Below the pieces are notes generated by a model. That model was not told where the DNA came from. It ran no database searches and worked only from the letters and a program-made list of their open reading frames with translations. DNA of 64,000 nucleotides from Octopus sinensis (Eukaryota), in contig NC_042999.1 in NCBI RefSeq assembly GCF_006345805.1, forward strand, positions 50,654,001 to 50,718,000. Reading direction: 5' to 3'. Positions 27,729 to 40,073 of the stretch are shown here, in pieces (position 1 is the first letter of the stretch; the number at the start of each line of letters is the position of its first letter). Both the position numbers and the translations under genes were made by a program.

Positions 27729-28237
27729 GGCAAAGAACAGTGTAGTAAGAGCAGCAAACTTCTAGACACACAAGCTCTATTATAATATTATAACATAAAA
27801 CCGTATTTAGCGGAAGTTCGTTGAAATAAAAATATCAAAGAGGCCTACAGACATTGTAATCATCATTAATTTCTAATTGCCAAACACAATGTAAATACAA
27901 AGTTCAATCTTGTGGTTGTTAAAAGTCAAGAAGTCTTTTTGCTTCAAGATAGTTGCTACGCTTCTTTAGTTCACAGATCAAGTTAAATGTCAACTGTCTT
28001 GATGAAAATGTTCATATTTAAAGTAAGCCTTGTACAAACATAGCTGTAAACAAAACAATATATAAATATATTGGTATTGCTATCTTATGGTCTTGCCAAT
28101 TAAGTAAGATGTGCTTTCTGATGAGGCCTAATAAGACCGGAATATGTCTGCTTTCATTAGTTGGTTTTAGATACAAACTTGACTATCTGCATTATCTATA
28201 TTATACAAAAATTTCAATCAACACTTCTTATTAGAGT

Positions 28238-28615
28238 TACTCTTTTACTTGTTTCAGTCATTTTACTGTGGCCATGCTGGAACACCGCCTTGAGTTGAAG
28301 AAATCGACTTCAGGTTTTATTCTTTGTAAGCCTAGTACTTATCCTATCAGTCTCTTTTGCTGAACCACTAAGTTATGGGGATGTAAACGCATCAGTTGTC
28401 AAGCAATGTTGGGGGACAAACACACACATATATATATATATACATGCATTCGATGGGCTTCTTTCAGTTTCTGTCTACCAAATCCACTCACAAAGCTTTG
28501 GTCGGCTCAAGGCTATAGTAGAAGACATTTACCCAAGGTGACATGCAGTGGGACTGAACCCAGAACAATGTGGTTGGTAAGCAAGCTACTTACCACACAG
28601 TCACTCCTGTGCCTA
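28238..28615 (-). mobile_element. Family A SINE
   Basis: Match to other window copies. Confidence 0.8.
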
Positions 28616-29400
28616 GAGTTATCTATTTTGTTGATTTCAGATTTTAAACTTTTCTCAAAAAGGAATTTGTTTTTCCTTTCCTGCTCATTGCCTGAATAAT
28701 CTCAGGTAATTGAAGATTTTCATTTCACTGTATTACATATGTGAGATGCTACTTTATACATATTTAGTAAGCAGAAAAAAAAACCCTCTTAAAATTTCTT
28801 CTCTCAGCCTTATCATTGTCAATATCACTGGTAAAGACAAAGAGAGAATATGACAATCCACTACGTTGGTCATATCTCTCTTTATGCTTGAAGTTGTTTG
28901 GTTGTACCACTGATTTGGTAACACTGCCATGCTAACTTAATGCTATATAATTGCTTACCATAAACAATTTCGTGTTCCCTAAATTTCAATGTGGTCAACC
29001 AGAACTGAAGGATACTGCTTTTATGGAAGTGATGCTCATTTGCAACTATTATATGAAGTTAATACAATCCATTCAGAAGGCTCGGGTTGGCCTGAGGTCA
29101 TAGTAGAAGATACTGGCCCTAATGACCAAAGAAGTTGACTGAACTCAAAATCACGTTGTTGGAAGGTAAAGGATTTCTGTTGACCAAACTCTACTCACAA
29201 GGCTTTTATCACCCAAGGCATTTTTTGGAACAAAAGACTTGTGCTGCTCATTGGGATGAAATTTGGAATTATATGTTTGCTGAGCAAACTTCTTAACCAC
29301 AGAGCCAGGCATGTTTCTGTTTCTATGGACATTTAGTTTTATTGTGAAGGAAATAATAAGGTTGCAAACTCCAAATTAAAGATAGAACTTTCACACCATG

Positions 29401-29629
29401 TTAACCCTTTCATTACTGAATTTATTTTGAGGGGTTCTGTGTTTCTTTCAATTACATTAAATATAACAAAGAATTTCGTGAAATAACTTAGTTATCATTA
29501 AGCTAGTGTTAGGAACATAAATTGTGACTAAGGTTTGGTGGAAGGTTCTATTTCATAACTTATGAAAACAAGGCATTTGTACTACAGAGCAAGAGCCGGT
29601 TTCAGCCGGGTTGGTAACGAAAGGGTTAA
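29401..29629. mobile_element. piggyBac-type MITE
   Basis: TTAA-CCCTTTCATTAC ... GTAACGAAAGGG-TTAA; 12-bp TIR with one mismatch and TTAA TSD. Confidence 0.75.
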
Positions 29630-31281
29630 TGATACGAGCTCAATCATGTAGAAAAATAGTTATTAATAAAAAAAAAAGTTCTTATCATCACTTATATTAG
29701 TTTAATATCGGTATATTAATGCCAGTAGGACAATATTTTACTTTATGAAGATTTAAAATATTTAGTTGATGAGATCCCTGTCAATTTTCTTCTGGTAGGT
29801 GATTGATGGATCTATCTGTTGCTTGGTCTAGCGCTAACATCAGAACCATGCTAAATGGTTGGTATTAGGAAAGGCACCCAGCTGTAGAAACCATGTCAAA
29901 GCAGACATAGAATCTGGTGGAGCCCTCTGGTTCATCTGTTTTTGTCAAACTGTCCAATCCATGCCAGCATGGAAAAAAAGGATGTTCGATAATGATGATG
30001 ATGATGATGATGATGAGTTTGTTTCAAGTATTCATGTCAGATCTCTGATCTAGTGATAACTTGATATCCTGGTATACAGCTTTCTACTTCAGCAGTCTTA
30101 TGAATCATAGATTCTCCACCACCAACAACACCAGCCCTACCACCACTACAACCATCACCACCACCACCAGTCTCAGAGGCCCTTGCATAAAAACATCATG
30201 GGCACTGCCCTACCTCCTTTTTATAGAACCTAAAAGAAAAATTCACTCAACCATAAAATCAATTACTATCAGTAGACACATTAATGTAATTACTATTTAT
30301 AATAATTACTATTTCATACAATTACTATTTCCCCCAAAAGTCTACGTCAGCATAATAATTATATTACAATTTTATACAGAAAAATGTAATTCAACAATTA
30401 TTTGATTTCCATTAATTCTAAAAGTCTGTAAAAATTCTTTATCCTTCTAAATACATAAATGAGACTCTAAAAAAAACCTGCCAACCAGCACACTGTTTCT
30501 GTTGTTTTTTTTTCTCTAATTGTGATAAACAATAGAATTGTGTCATACTTAAATATTCAGTTAATAAGTATTAAGTTTGTTTTTTTTTTTAATAATTAAA
30601 TGGAATTGTTCAGCTCCCCTTCAACGATGCAATTTATCTGAAGACAAAGAAACAAAATGGAAAAACAAAACAAAAAACTAACAAGCTTTATGTTCTAATT
30701 AATTATTCAGAAACAAAAGAGTCTTGAATATCTGTCAGACGGTTATCATTTTTATTCTTAAATCACCTGAGGATGTTTTCAATATGTATCCTATCATAAC
30801 AGAAATACACCGAATATTAAATTTATGTAATCATAATGAAAGCTAAGGAAATATTTTGCAGTTTTTCTTTTATATAAACTGCATCTGTGTACACATGTAC
30901 TTACATGAGGTGACACACTTGTGCATTTCAAGCTATCACAATTTGAAACATAACAGTAATACAAACTAACTTTATGTTGAGTCAATAAGATAACAAACGA
31001 GCATCTTCATGATTATACAGTCTACTAAAAATAGCAGCCAAATTTCTCTCAAAATCATTCTATCATCAAAAGGGAAAAGGATACAGTTAGATCAGTGCTA
31101 CTCAAAGTGGTGCTCTGCTGACCAGTGCCGATCCGTGAGCCATCAGCTGCCGATACATAGCAATTTTGCAGAAAAGAAACATAAAATGCTTATAAAATGC
31201 TTATGTAACATTATACTATTTGTTTACAACATAAATATAAGATAAAAAAAAATTGTCAACTTTTATTATATTTATTATATA

Positions 31282-32892
31282 CAGTTGCGGCCAAAATGTT
31301 CAGAATGGCATTGTTTTTGCCAGAAAAGTAGGTATAAGTTTTTATCAAAGTTGTTTTATATTCTGTAATTTTCACAGACAGTAAATACGATATTAATTGT
31401 TATTGTCTGAGATTTTGGTATAATTTGAGAGGATAATACAAAAGTTATGGATGATTTAGTGATTTACTGCAAAACCCATGGCGGCCAAAATAATCAGAAC
31501 AGTTGCTTTTACTCCATGTTTTAGTATATTTAACCAGCGAACTCTAATGTTTTGAAGTTGTTTACGTGACGGTTCGTGTACTAAACATTAGTAAGAATAT
31601 CTGCAGTGTACTTTGTTAATATAATGCCACTTACTCCGTTATCAATTCGTCAGCAGATTATTAAGCTTCGAAAGAAGGATAATTTAAGTATTGGGTCTAT
31701 TGCAAAGATTGTTAATAAGTCAAAAAGTGTTGTTCACGGTATTCTTAAGGTCTTCGATGATTGTGGTTTGTGTGAAGCAAGAAAGTCTACAGATAGACCA
31801 AGAAAAACGACCAAGAGAGAAGATCGTGCTATGGTAAAGTTGGTTAAAAAGGACAGATTTAAAACTGCTGCTGCTGTTTCTCAGGAAATGAGCATTGTAC
31901 TGAAGAAAACGTTATCTCGAAAAACTTGTCCCATCGTTTAGTTGAACATAACCTACAAGCAAGATCACCAGCAGTGAAGCCACTGATCAGCTCCAAAAAT
32001 AAAAAGTGTCATCTTACCTTTGCAACCGAACATGTGTTGTGGTCTCAAGAAAAATGGCAAACGGTGCATTTCAGTGATGAATCTAAGTTTATGTTATTTG
32101 GCTCAGATGGGAAAAGTAGGTGAAAAATTGTCACCTAAATGCCTTAAGACTAGTGTTAAATTCGGTAGAGGAAGTGTCATAGTTTGGGGGATGATATCTG
32201 GTGATGGTGTGGGCCCTTTGGTGCGATTACATGGAAAGGTAAATGCAGGAGTTTATAAACAACTTGTAAAAGATCATGTCTTGCCAGTGCTGAGAAATTC
32301 AACTAAGCGACCACCCATATTCATGCAGGACAATGCCCCATATCACAAGGCTAAAGTGGTCATGAACTTCCTCAAGGCTGAAAAGGTTATTATTATGGAT
32401 TGGCCTGCTCAAAGCCCAGATCTCAATCCTATTGAAAATGTGTGGAATATTCTAGGAGAACGTTCGAAAGCCAGAAATCCCAAAATAACCGAGCAATTAT
32501 GAAATGCCCTTCAGGAAGAATGGAATAAGATCACCTAGCAAGAAATTGAAAATTTAATTTCCTCATGCAGTCGAAGATGTCAAAGTGTGATTGAAGCTAA
32601 AAGGTTTCACACTAAATATTAAATAATTCCACTGTTCTCTGTCATTTTTGATTATTTTGTTATTTTTTCAACAGTTCTGATCATTTTGGCCGCCATGGGT
32701 TTTGCAGTAAATCACTAAATCATCCATAACTTTTGTATTATCCTCTCAAATTATACCAAAATCTCAGACAATAACAATTAATATCGTATTTATTGTCTGT
32801 GAAAATTACAGAATATAAAACAACTTTGATAAAAACTTATACCTACTTTTCTGGCAAAAACAATGCCATTCTGAACATTTTGGCCGCAACTG
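31282..32892 (+). mobile_element. Tc1-family DNA transposon (DD34E, IR/DR type), 1611 bp
   Basis: 224-bp TIRs (31282-31505 and 32669-32892), each with two GCGGCCAAAAT..TCAGAA direct repeats; TA TSD. Confidence 0.95.
31624..32622 (+). pseudogene. Tc1 transposase pseudogene
   Basis: HTH N-terminus, FSDESKF, QDNAP, WPAQSPDLNPIEN with D-34-E spacing; two frameshifts (~31930, ~32115) and late in-frame stops. Confidence 0.92.
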
Positions 32893-32898
32893 TATATT

Positions 32899-33160
32899 GT
32901 GGAAGGTGTTTGTAAGCCATTTAAGAAACACACAAAATCCGTTTGGTTCACTTCAACATTTAAATTTAATTTGTCAAAATATTTTCGTCGCTTTGAGACC
33001 ATGACCTGTTCACTGATGATATTCTGTGCTGCCGTAATTTTGTCAATGAACAGGTTGCAGTCTCAAAGTGACAAAAATATTCTGATAAATTAAATTTAAA
33101 TGTTGAAGCGAATCTAACGGATTTTGTGTGTTTCTTAAATGGCTTATAAACACCTTCCAC
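32899..33160. repeat. ~260-bp palindromic MITE-like element
   Basis: ~120-bp inverted arms (32899-33019 and 33040-33160), roughly 85-90% identical by eye, with a ~20-nt loop. Confidence 0.8.
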
Positions 33161-33833
33161 GCTGCAATTGTTTTCGTTCCAGCACACAATCTCAGATCAG
33201 GTCACTTGCTATGCAAGTACATCTCCGTAATTATATATATTGTTTCTGGTATAAATTGATATTATTAAGAAACATTACTGGTCCCTGGCACATTGGAAAA
33301 AAACTGCCAGTACGCCACATCAGATAGTTTGAAAAGCACTGCATTAGATAATGTAGTCCTAAGCAGCTTTATAAAGATGAGATTGATATGGCTGAAATAC
33401 CTTTGATCATAGATCTGCTAGATCAAGGCTTTACCAGGGGTTAAAAAAACAACAACAACAGGCTTTTGTTGTGAAGAGCTTCTTGGAGATTATATCCTCA
33501 AAAGACCCTGAAGTCGAAATTTTATTATTGAGATTTTATGAATCAATAGCATTTTACATTGTGGAAGAGGTATTTAATAATGCACAAAGCTGTTAAATTC
33601 ACTTTAAATTTAAATTTATTTCACAGTGTGCCAGATTTGTGTGTTATTAAATGGCTTTTCCATGATGTAATCACTTCAGTTTCAACACTTAGTCTCTGTA
33701 CAATTCCCAAATATCATTTTGATTTAAATTTAGTTTTGGGTTTCTTTATTAATGGAATGGCATTCTTAAGCATATTAGCTAAATATTTCCCTCCCATATG
33801 TATATATGATATCATGTATCTATGACATATATA

Positions 33834-33868
<35 letters not shown>

Positions 33869-34179
33869 CGATGTGTGTGTGTGTGTGTATGTGTATACAT
33901 ATGACAGGAAATTGCGAGGATGATCCGGTTCTTAACTGAAGATTGAAGGCTTCGAACGTCCCATCCGTGTTTTTTGTATAGTCTTCTAAATGTTTTACTT
34001 TCTTGTCCCAGTTTGGATTTTTTTACATTTACATATATATATAGTGGCGCCCGTACCCTTTTTGGTCTTATATGTAAGTACATATTTCTTTAAAACATGG
34101 TACGATTCTATAACACTGTCTCTCTCTCCCTCCTCTCCTACATTTCTCTGCACATTAAAAAAACTCTTGTTTTTTTAAT

Positions 34180-35010
34180 GTATTCACACAAAATCAGGGG
34201 ATAAACAAGTACTTCATTTTTCCATATAGTCTCCTTCCTTTTTGATGTACTTGGTCCAGTGGTCCACAAGCTTGCGTATTCCCTCCAAGAAGAAGGTTTT
34301 CAGTTGGTCATGCAACCATTTATGCATCAGCTCTTTAACATCTTCATCCGTATGAAATCAACAACCTCGTAAACCACCTTTGAGCAGTCTAAAGATATGA
34401 TAGTTGGAAGGGGTGAGATCTGAGCTGTAGGCAAGGTGTTCCAGTACTTTAAAACCCAATTGGTTAATGGTTCCAATGTTCAGGGTGGCCATGTGTAGGC
34501 ATGTATTGTCATGCAACAACAAAACTTTCTTCGACAATAGGCTTCGGTATTTGGTGCAAATTGCTGGCTTCAGTTTTTTGGCCAGCAAAGCATTGCATCT
34601 TGCACTGTTGATCGTACACCTCTTTTTCCAGATAGTCTTCCAGTATAGGCCCTTTTGAGTTCCAAAATAGGGTTAGTATTACTTTCACTGTGGAAGACTG
34701 AGTCTTGAATTTCTTCATTGCTGGTGAACCAGGATGCCTCATTTCCATACTCTGCTTTTTGGATTCTGCCTCATAATGATGGACTCATGTTTCGTCTCCT
34801 ATGACCATTCTGCTCAAAAATTCCTCGCCCTCATGGTTATAGTGATCAAGTAAATGTTAACAGACCTCAAGGCATTTGCATTTGTGCTCTGCAGTAAGCT
34901 CTCTTGGCACCCACCTTGCACAGACTTTATGGAGGGCGAGATCATGGATGATTTGATAGGCAGAACCATGACTAATCTGCAGAGAATGAGCTACCTCATC
35001 AATGATAACT
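34180..35010 (-). pseudogene. Mariner (DD34D) transposase relic
   Basis: VIGDET*VHHYE, RHPGSP..KKFKTQ, KVILTLFWNSKGPI, LLLHDN, YSSDLTPSNYHIF; third catalytic D changed to N at spacing 34. Confidence 0.85.
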
Positions 35011-35200
35011 CACCAGTTCTTTCAGTTTCTGTCTACTATATCCACTCGCAAAGCTTTGGTCAGCCTGAGGCTATAATAGAAGACACTTGTCCCAGGTGCC
35101 ATGCAGTGAGGCTGAACTCAGAACCCTGTGATTAGAAACCAACTTCTTACCATATATACACACCTGCATGTATATATGTGTATGTGTGTATACAAACACA

Positions 35201-35243
<43 letters not shown>

Positions 35244-35903
35244 GTGTATGTGTATATGTGTGTATGTATGTGTGTGTATATTTATCACATATACAATACA
35301 GCATTTTTGCTGTGCTCTGAGGACCCTGCCATTTCCCCTGGGGCTGCCCAATAGGTATTTTACTATTACTTCATGATCAATGTTTTATCTTCAGGCAACA
35401 CCGCATGAGGCTTCACTTTTTAAGAGAAGCAAGAGATCATCCAAATTCACAATTCTTCCTGCATATTTTCTCAAACAGAAAATTTAATTCTGCAAATATC
35501 TTGTCAAGATACCAAGAATAAAACAAAATAATTGATTTTTCACAGGTTACATGTAACAGCTACACTTTTGCAAATACAAGTAAAAATAATTTCAAAGCAA
35601 ATTGAAATACAATCGAAACAAAATAAAATAATTTTGAAGCTAATTAAATCTTTGTTATAATTAAATAATGTCATAAAACCATATTTCCGATGTTTTTATT
35701 TAATGAGAATCAAATTACAGTTTAATTTTAAATGGCAACAATTCTTAAACAAGTTTGAAAATATCTTTCATAAGTTTATCTATTTGAATATAAAAAAAAC
35801 CCAGTTATTCTGACTGTAAATGCATTCTTCCATCAAGATGATTTACTATAATCTATTGGGACACAGTCAATCTTCAAACATTGAAAGTTAATATTTTCAA
35901 AGA

Positions 35904-36131
35904 TTAACCCTTAAATATTTAAACCAGCGATATCTGGCTCAAATATTCCAACTATTTCATGTTCAAACTGGCAAGATTCAACCTCTTACACTTATCCTAC
36001 AATGTCATTCTAAAGCTAAACAAACACACCATCGAAATCTCAAAGCTACAACATAATGCATGATTAATTCAAAACAATATGAATAAATAAGCTTTACATT
36101 TAACAGAGTAATCTGAATGCTAAAGGGTTAA
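35904..36131. mobile_element. piggyBac-type MITE (second family)
   Basis: TTAA-CCCTT ... AATGCTAAAGGG-TTAA. Confidence 0.6.
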
Positions 36132-36230
36132 GGCAGCAGTCCAATGATCATGGGCACAGTCCAATGATTGAAACAAACAAAAAAATAAAAGATAAAAGAA
36201 GAGGTATTGTTTTACTTTCCTCCAGTTTTA

Positions 36231-36821
36231 TTACCCCTGCCTTAGCAAAGGTCGAGGTATTGTTGTCAGTCGTGTTTGTTTGTTTGTGCATGGACAACAT
36301 ATCTCAAGAACCAATGGGTTCGGATGAAACTTTCAGGGATGTTTGGCCTCGTGACTGGCACAAACTGATTAGATTTGGGATTGATCCGGTACCGCACAAG
36401 GATTCTGGGTTATTCGTTATAATTACTTTACCTTACGTGATTACGATCTTATGTTAACTTTCAAGTCTTTCTCAATTATCTCTTTTTAGGCTGTAACTAT
36501 TTTGAATGGTAAATTTGTTAATTTTGGCTTGTATTAGACAAGGATAAACTATTTATTACAGTTACTAGATATTTTACAGCCACCTTCACATTCCATGACT
36601 ACCATTGGGACCGATCAGGTACCAGACAAGGATTCTGGATTATTTTTATGTTTTTTTTTACTTAATTTTTGAGAGTGGTCAGGTTCATTTTTAGTATTCT
36701 CGTTTGTGAGAGCAGTTGAGTTTATTTTAGATATTCTCATTTTAAAAATCACCTCTGGCTAATCGTTGAGAAGATGTTGGTGTTGCCTTGGTGGAGGTTT
36801 GTACTCTCTGAGTGCTCTTGT
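36231..36821 (+). mobile_element. Non-autonomous Helitron/Helentron-type element
   Basis: 5' hairpin, subterminal GCCTTGGTGGAGGT, 3' hairpin GTACTCTCTGAGTGC then TCTTGT; second copy at 58420-58776. Confidence 0.6.
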
Positions 36822-36857
36822 CTTAATTTGTTTTCAGTTTATTTAATTTTCAGTATA

Positions 36858-37246
36858 CTCTTTTACTCTTTTATTTGTTTCAGTCATTTGACTGTGGCCA
36901 TTCTGGAGCACCGCCTTTAGTCGAGCAAATCGACCCCAGGACTTATTCTTTGGATGCCTAGTACTTATTCTATCAGTCTCTTTTGCTGAACCACTAAGTT
37001 ACGGGTACATAAAAATACCACCATCAGTTGTCAAGCAATACTGGGGGGACAAACAGACACACAAACATACATATATACATATATACGACGGGCTTCTTTC
37101 AGTTTCCGTCTACCAAATCCACTCACAAGGCTTTGGTCGGCCCGAGGCTATAGTAGAAGACACTTGCCCAAGGTGCCACGCAGTGGGACGGAATCCAAAA
37201 CCATGTGGTTCGTATGCAAGCTACCTACTACACAGCCACTCCTACA
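36858..37246 (-). mobile_element. Family A SINE
   Basis: Match to other window copies. Confidence 0.85.
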
Positions 37247-37846
37247 CCATTCATTGCTTTGAGATCATTTCAATTTGTATCTGAAAAGGTACAAAGTGAA
37301 GTGAACTCGAGGGAAAAAAGTAAGTAAATAAAAACATAAAGAAAAGGCTGTGATAGCAGTTAACTGCAGCTAATACTGCAGGACTACATAAAATACAAGG
37401 AAGAGCTTTCTTCATTATATCATTTTTGCTCCATAAAAATGTTGTAACAGACAGACAAATGACATATTTATTTTGAATATTTGTTATATTTCACATAATG
37501 AGAGCAAGGTGGCAGAACCATTTGCTTATTAGACAAATGCTTTGCAGCATTTCTTCTGGTTCTTTATATTCTGAGTTCAAATCCTGCTGAGGTCAACTTT
37601 GCCTCTCCTCCTTTCAAGATCAATAAAATAAAGTACCAGTTGAACACTGGGGTTGATGTAATTGACTCATCACTTTCCAATCAAAATTACTGGCCTTGAA
37701 CCTTGCAATGGATCAATGACCAGTTCAGGAAAATGTTTTTTGATCTTTATCACTTATAAGCGATGGAAACTGGCTAACCGGCTTAAGAAAAATGAAAAAA
37801 TAAGTTACTGCCGTGTGTGTATATGTGTGTGTAGGTGCTTGTGCCT

Positions 37847-37890
<44 letters not shown>

Positions 37891-39082
37891 AATGATGCAC
37901 ATGGTCAGTTCTAAGCAAAATCCATTGGAAAGTGTTTTAATTCAGTTTTAATCCTGGTTCCTCTTGAAGAGAAGCTTTTTGGCTCAAACTATTGTAAAAG
38001 GAAAAAATATTAAAGGTAATTCTTTTTGTAGTTCATTATATTATTCTTATTTTTTAAAAAAACCTGCATTGTCAGTACTTTTATTAAATTCAAAGTAAAA
38101 CTTAGGAATCTAATTTTCAGTAAAACCCTGACTTGATAACTTTTCTACAAATAAGTGAAAACAATTATGTTATATTAAGTTTACTTACTCAATGAGTATC
38201 TTTGACTAAGTGCTCTTGAAGTAAACATACTTATGCTTGAGTGTGTGTGAGAGCATGATGTTTATACCATCTTAGAAACATTTCCAAATAGAAAGATGTT
38301 TACACAAGCTGAAACATACCTTGACACAGGTAACTAAACAAAGAGATAAAGTTGCATTTTAAGACTGGCATCTTAAGTGTGCAGTGTCAAAATGGTTAAC
38401 CTTTAGGACCATGAAGACTAGGATCATAGCTTTCAATGGGTCTATTGGTAAAACCGTTGTGTAGTATAAGCTACATATATTATTTTGCTACCTCAGTCAA
38501 CCATGTAAAGAATGATGCCAATATGGGTGGCTCTATATGGTCAGTGAATTCACACAGCCTAAAGGTTAGAGTGTCCAGCTCATGATCATAAAGTCATGAG
38601 GTCAATTCTTGGATCAGACACTGTGTTCTTCAGCAAGGCACTCCAGTGCATGCTGCTCAAATCAACTCAACTGTAAAGGGCTGTAGCCAGGTGTTGGTGT
38701 AGTAATCTCTCCCTCCATCTATCACATCCAAGCTATTCTGTAGGATCAAATATGAGAGGTTTGATAGGGTATGTATTTAATTGCGATTGCATAGGTACCT
38801 AAAACAATTAGTAAAAATATGGTCTATGTTAGTAAGCTATATTCACTAATGAGTGATGGTTGGTTGCACTGCTAACTCTGAATGATCACTCAAACTAACA
38901 AAAATAGCAACTCAATCTCCTTCAAATCAAATCACACATTACTGTCTTAAAAAAGGACAGATATAGTCTCTGATACAGTATGTCCGTAAAACTGATGATG
39001 ACAGGATGATGACTGCTTAAATGCCTTTGACCACTGGTGTACTCAATTGTATTTTACCTAGGACTTAACAATATCTTATGTA

Positions 39083-39530
39083 TAGACTAGCAGTATAGCC
39101 CAGTATTGCTCAGGTTTGTCTTTTAGTTGCACTTAAAATGGCAGACTTTGATGTCATGTTAACAAAGTTTTGATATAGTTTCAATCTTTTTTGAAAAATA
39201 AAAGTTTTGCATTATGTAGCTTGTTATTCTCTTTAAGTGAACATTTTTCTGGTTGAAATACACAGAAAAATGGTGACACAGCGGTAAAAAAATCGTAAAA
39301 AATACGGATTTTCATAGTAAAAAAGCACCTTTTTGATGTAAATAATTTTTGGTTTTAACATGGTCCGATTTGAATTTTTTCTCCTACAGAATGAAGAGCA
39401 AGCCTTCTATCATACCCTCAATTTTGGTCAACTTGCACTGCAGGGTCTCAGAGGAGATAGTGTTAGTTTAAGGCTACTAAACCTGCCACACACACACACA
39501 CACAGACAACTTCAGCTTTATATGTATAGA
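39083..39530 (+). mobile_element. Possible non-autonomous Helitron-like (DINE-1/Lep1-type) element
   Basis: Starts ACTAGCAGTATAGCCCAG, ends with (CA)n then CTTTATATGTATAGAT; architecture recalled from such elements. Confidence 0.4.
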
Positions 39531-40026
39531 TTTGCTTGCTGTCACAATTCTTATAAATACTTGAATTTCTTTCACTATTCAACCAATATTTTTTTTTAAT
39601 TAAATAAAATCGAAAATGAGACTAAAACAACTTCATATGTTTACATTGCTCTCAAGAAGCTTTTTCATTTCAACACAGCCAGAGTATCTATAGTTTATCT
39701 CAATAGCCTATAGGGTGATGGACTGGCAGAAGTGGTAGAATGGTCATTAAAAAGCAATAATATTTTTTAGTCTCTTTATAGTCTGAGTTCAAATCCTGCC
39801 TAAGTCAGACTGGGGTCTTTCCCCATTCCAAGGAAAAAACCCAATCAGTAAGTGTGAGTTTAGTACTAAGGATCGCTTAATCGGGAAAAGTGTGGCTCCT
39901 AGGTTAAGATTTGCTTCACAACCATGTGATTGTGGATTCAGTCCCACTGAGGAGTGCCTTGAGTATGTGTCTATTAAAATAACCTGGAGTGGAATTTAGT
40001 CAGCAGAAAACATGTAGAAGTCAAAA

Positions 40027-40073
<47 letters not shown>

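Larger units (their letters stand above)
31093..33341. mobile_element. hAT-type MITE interrupted by a Tc1 element
   Basis: Termini CAGTGCTACTCAAA / TTTGAAAAGCACTG; 8-bp flanks agttagat and cattagat (6 of 8 identical). Confidence 0.55.

Noticed and set aside
33930-33970. CTGAAGA...TTCGAACGTC hammerhead-like string in a (TA)n-bounded segment
   Set aside because: GAAA is incomplete and would be consumed by the stem; stem I partner is not adjacent
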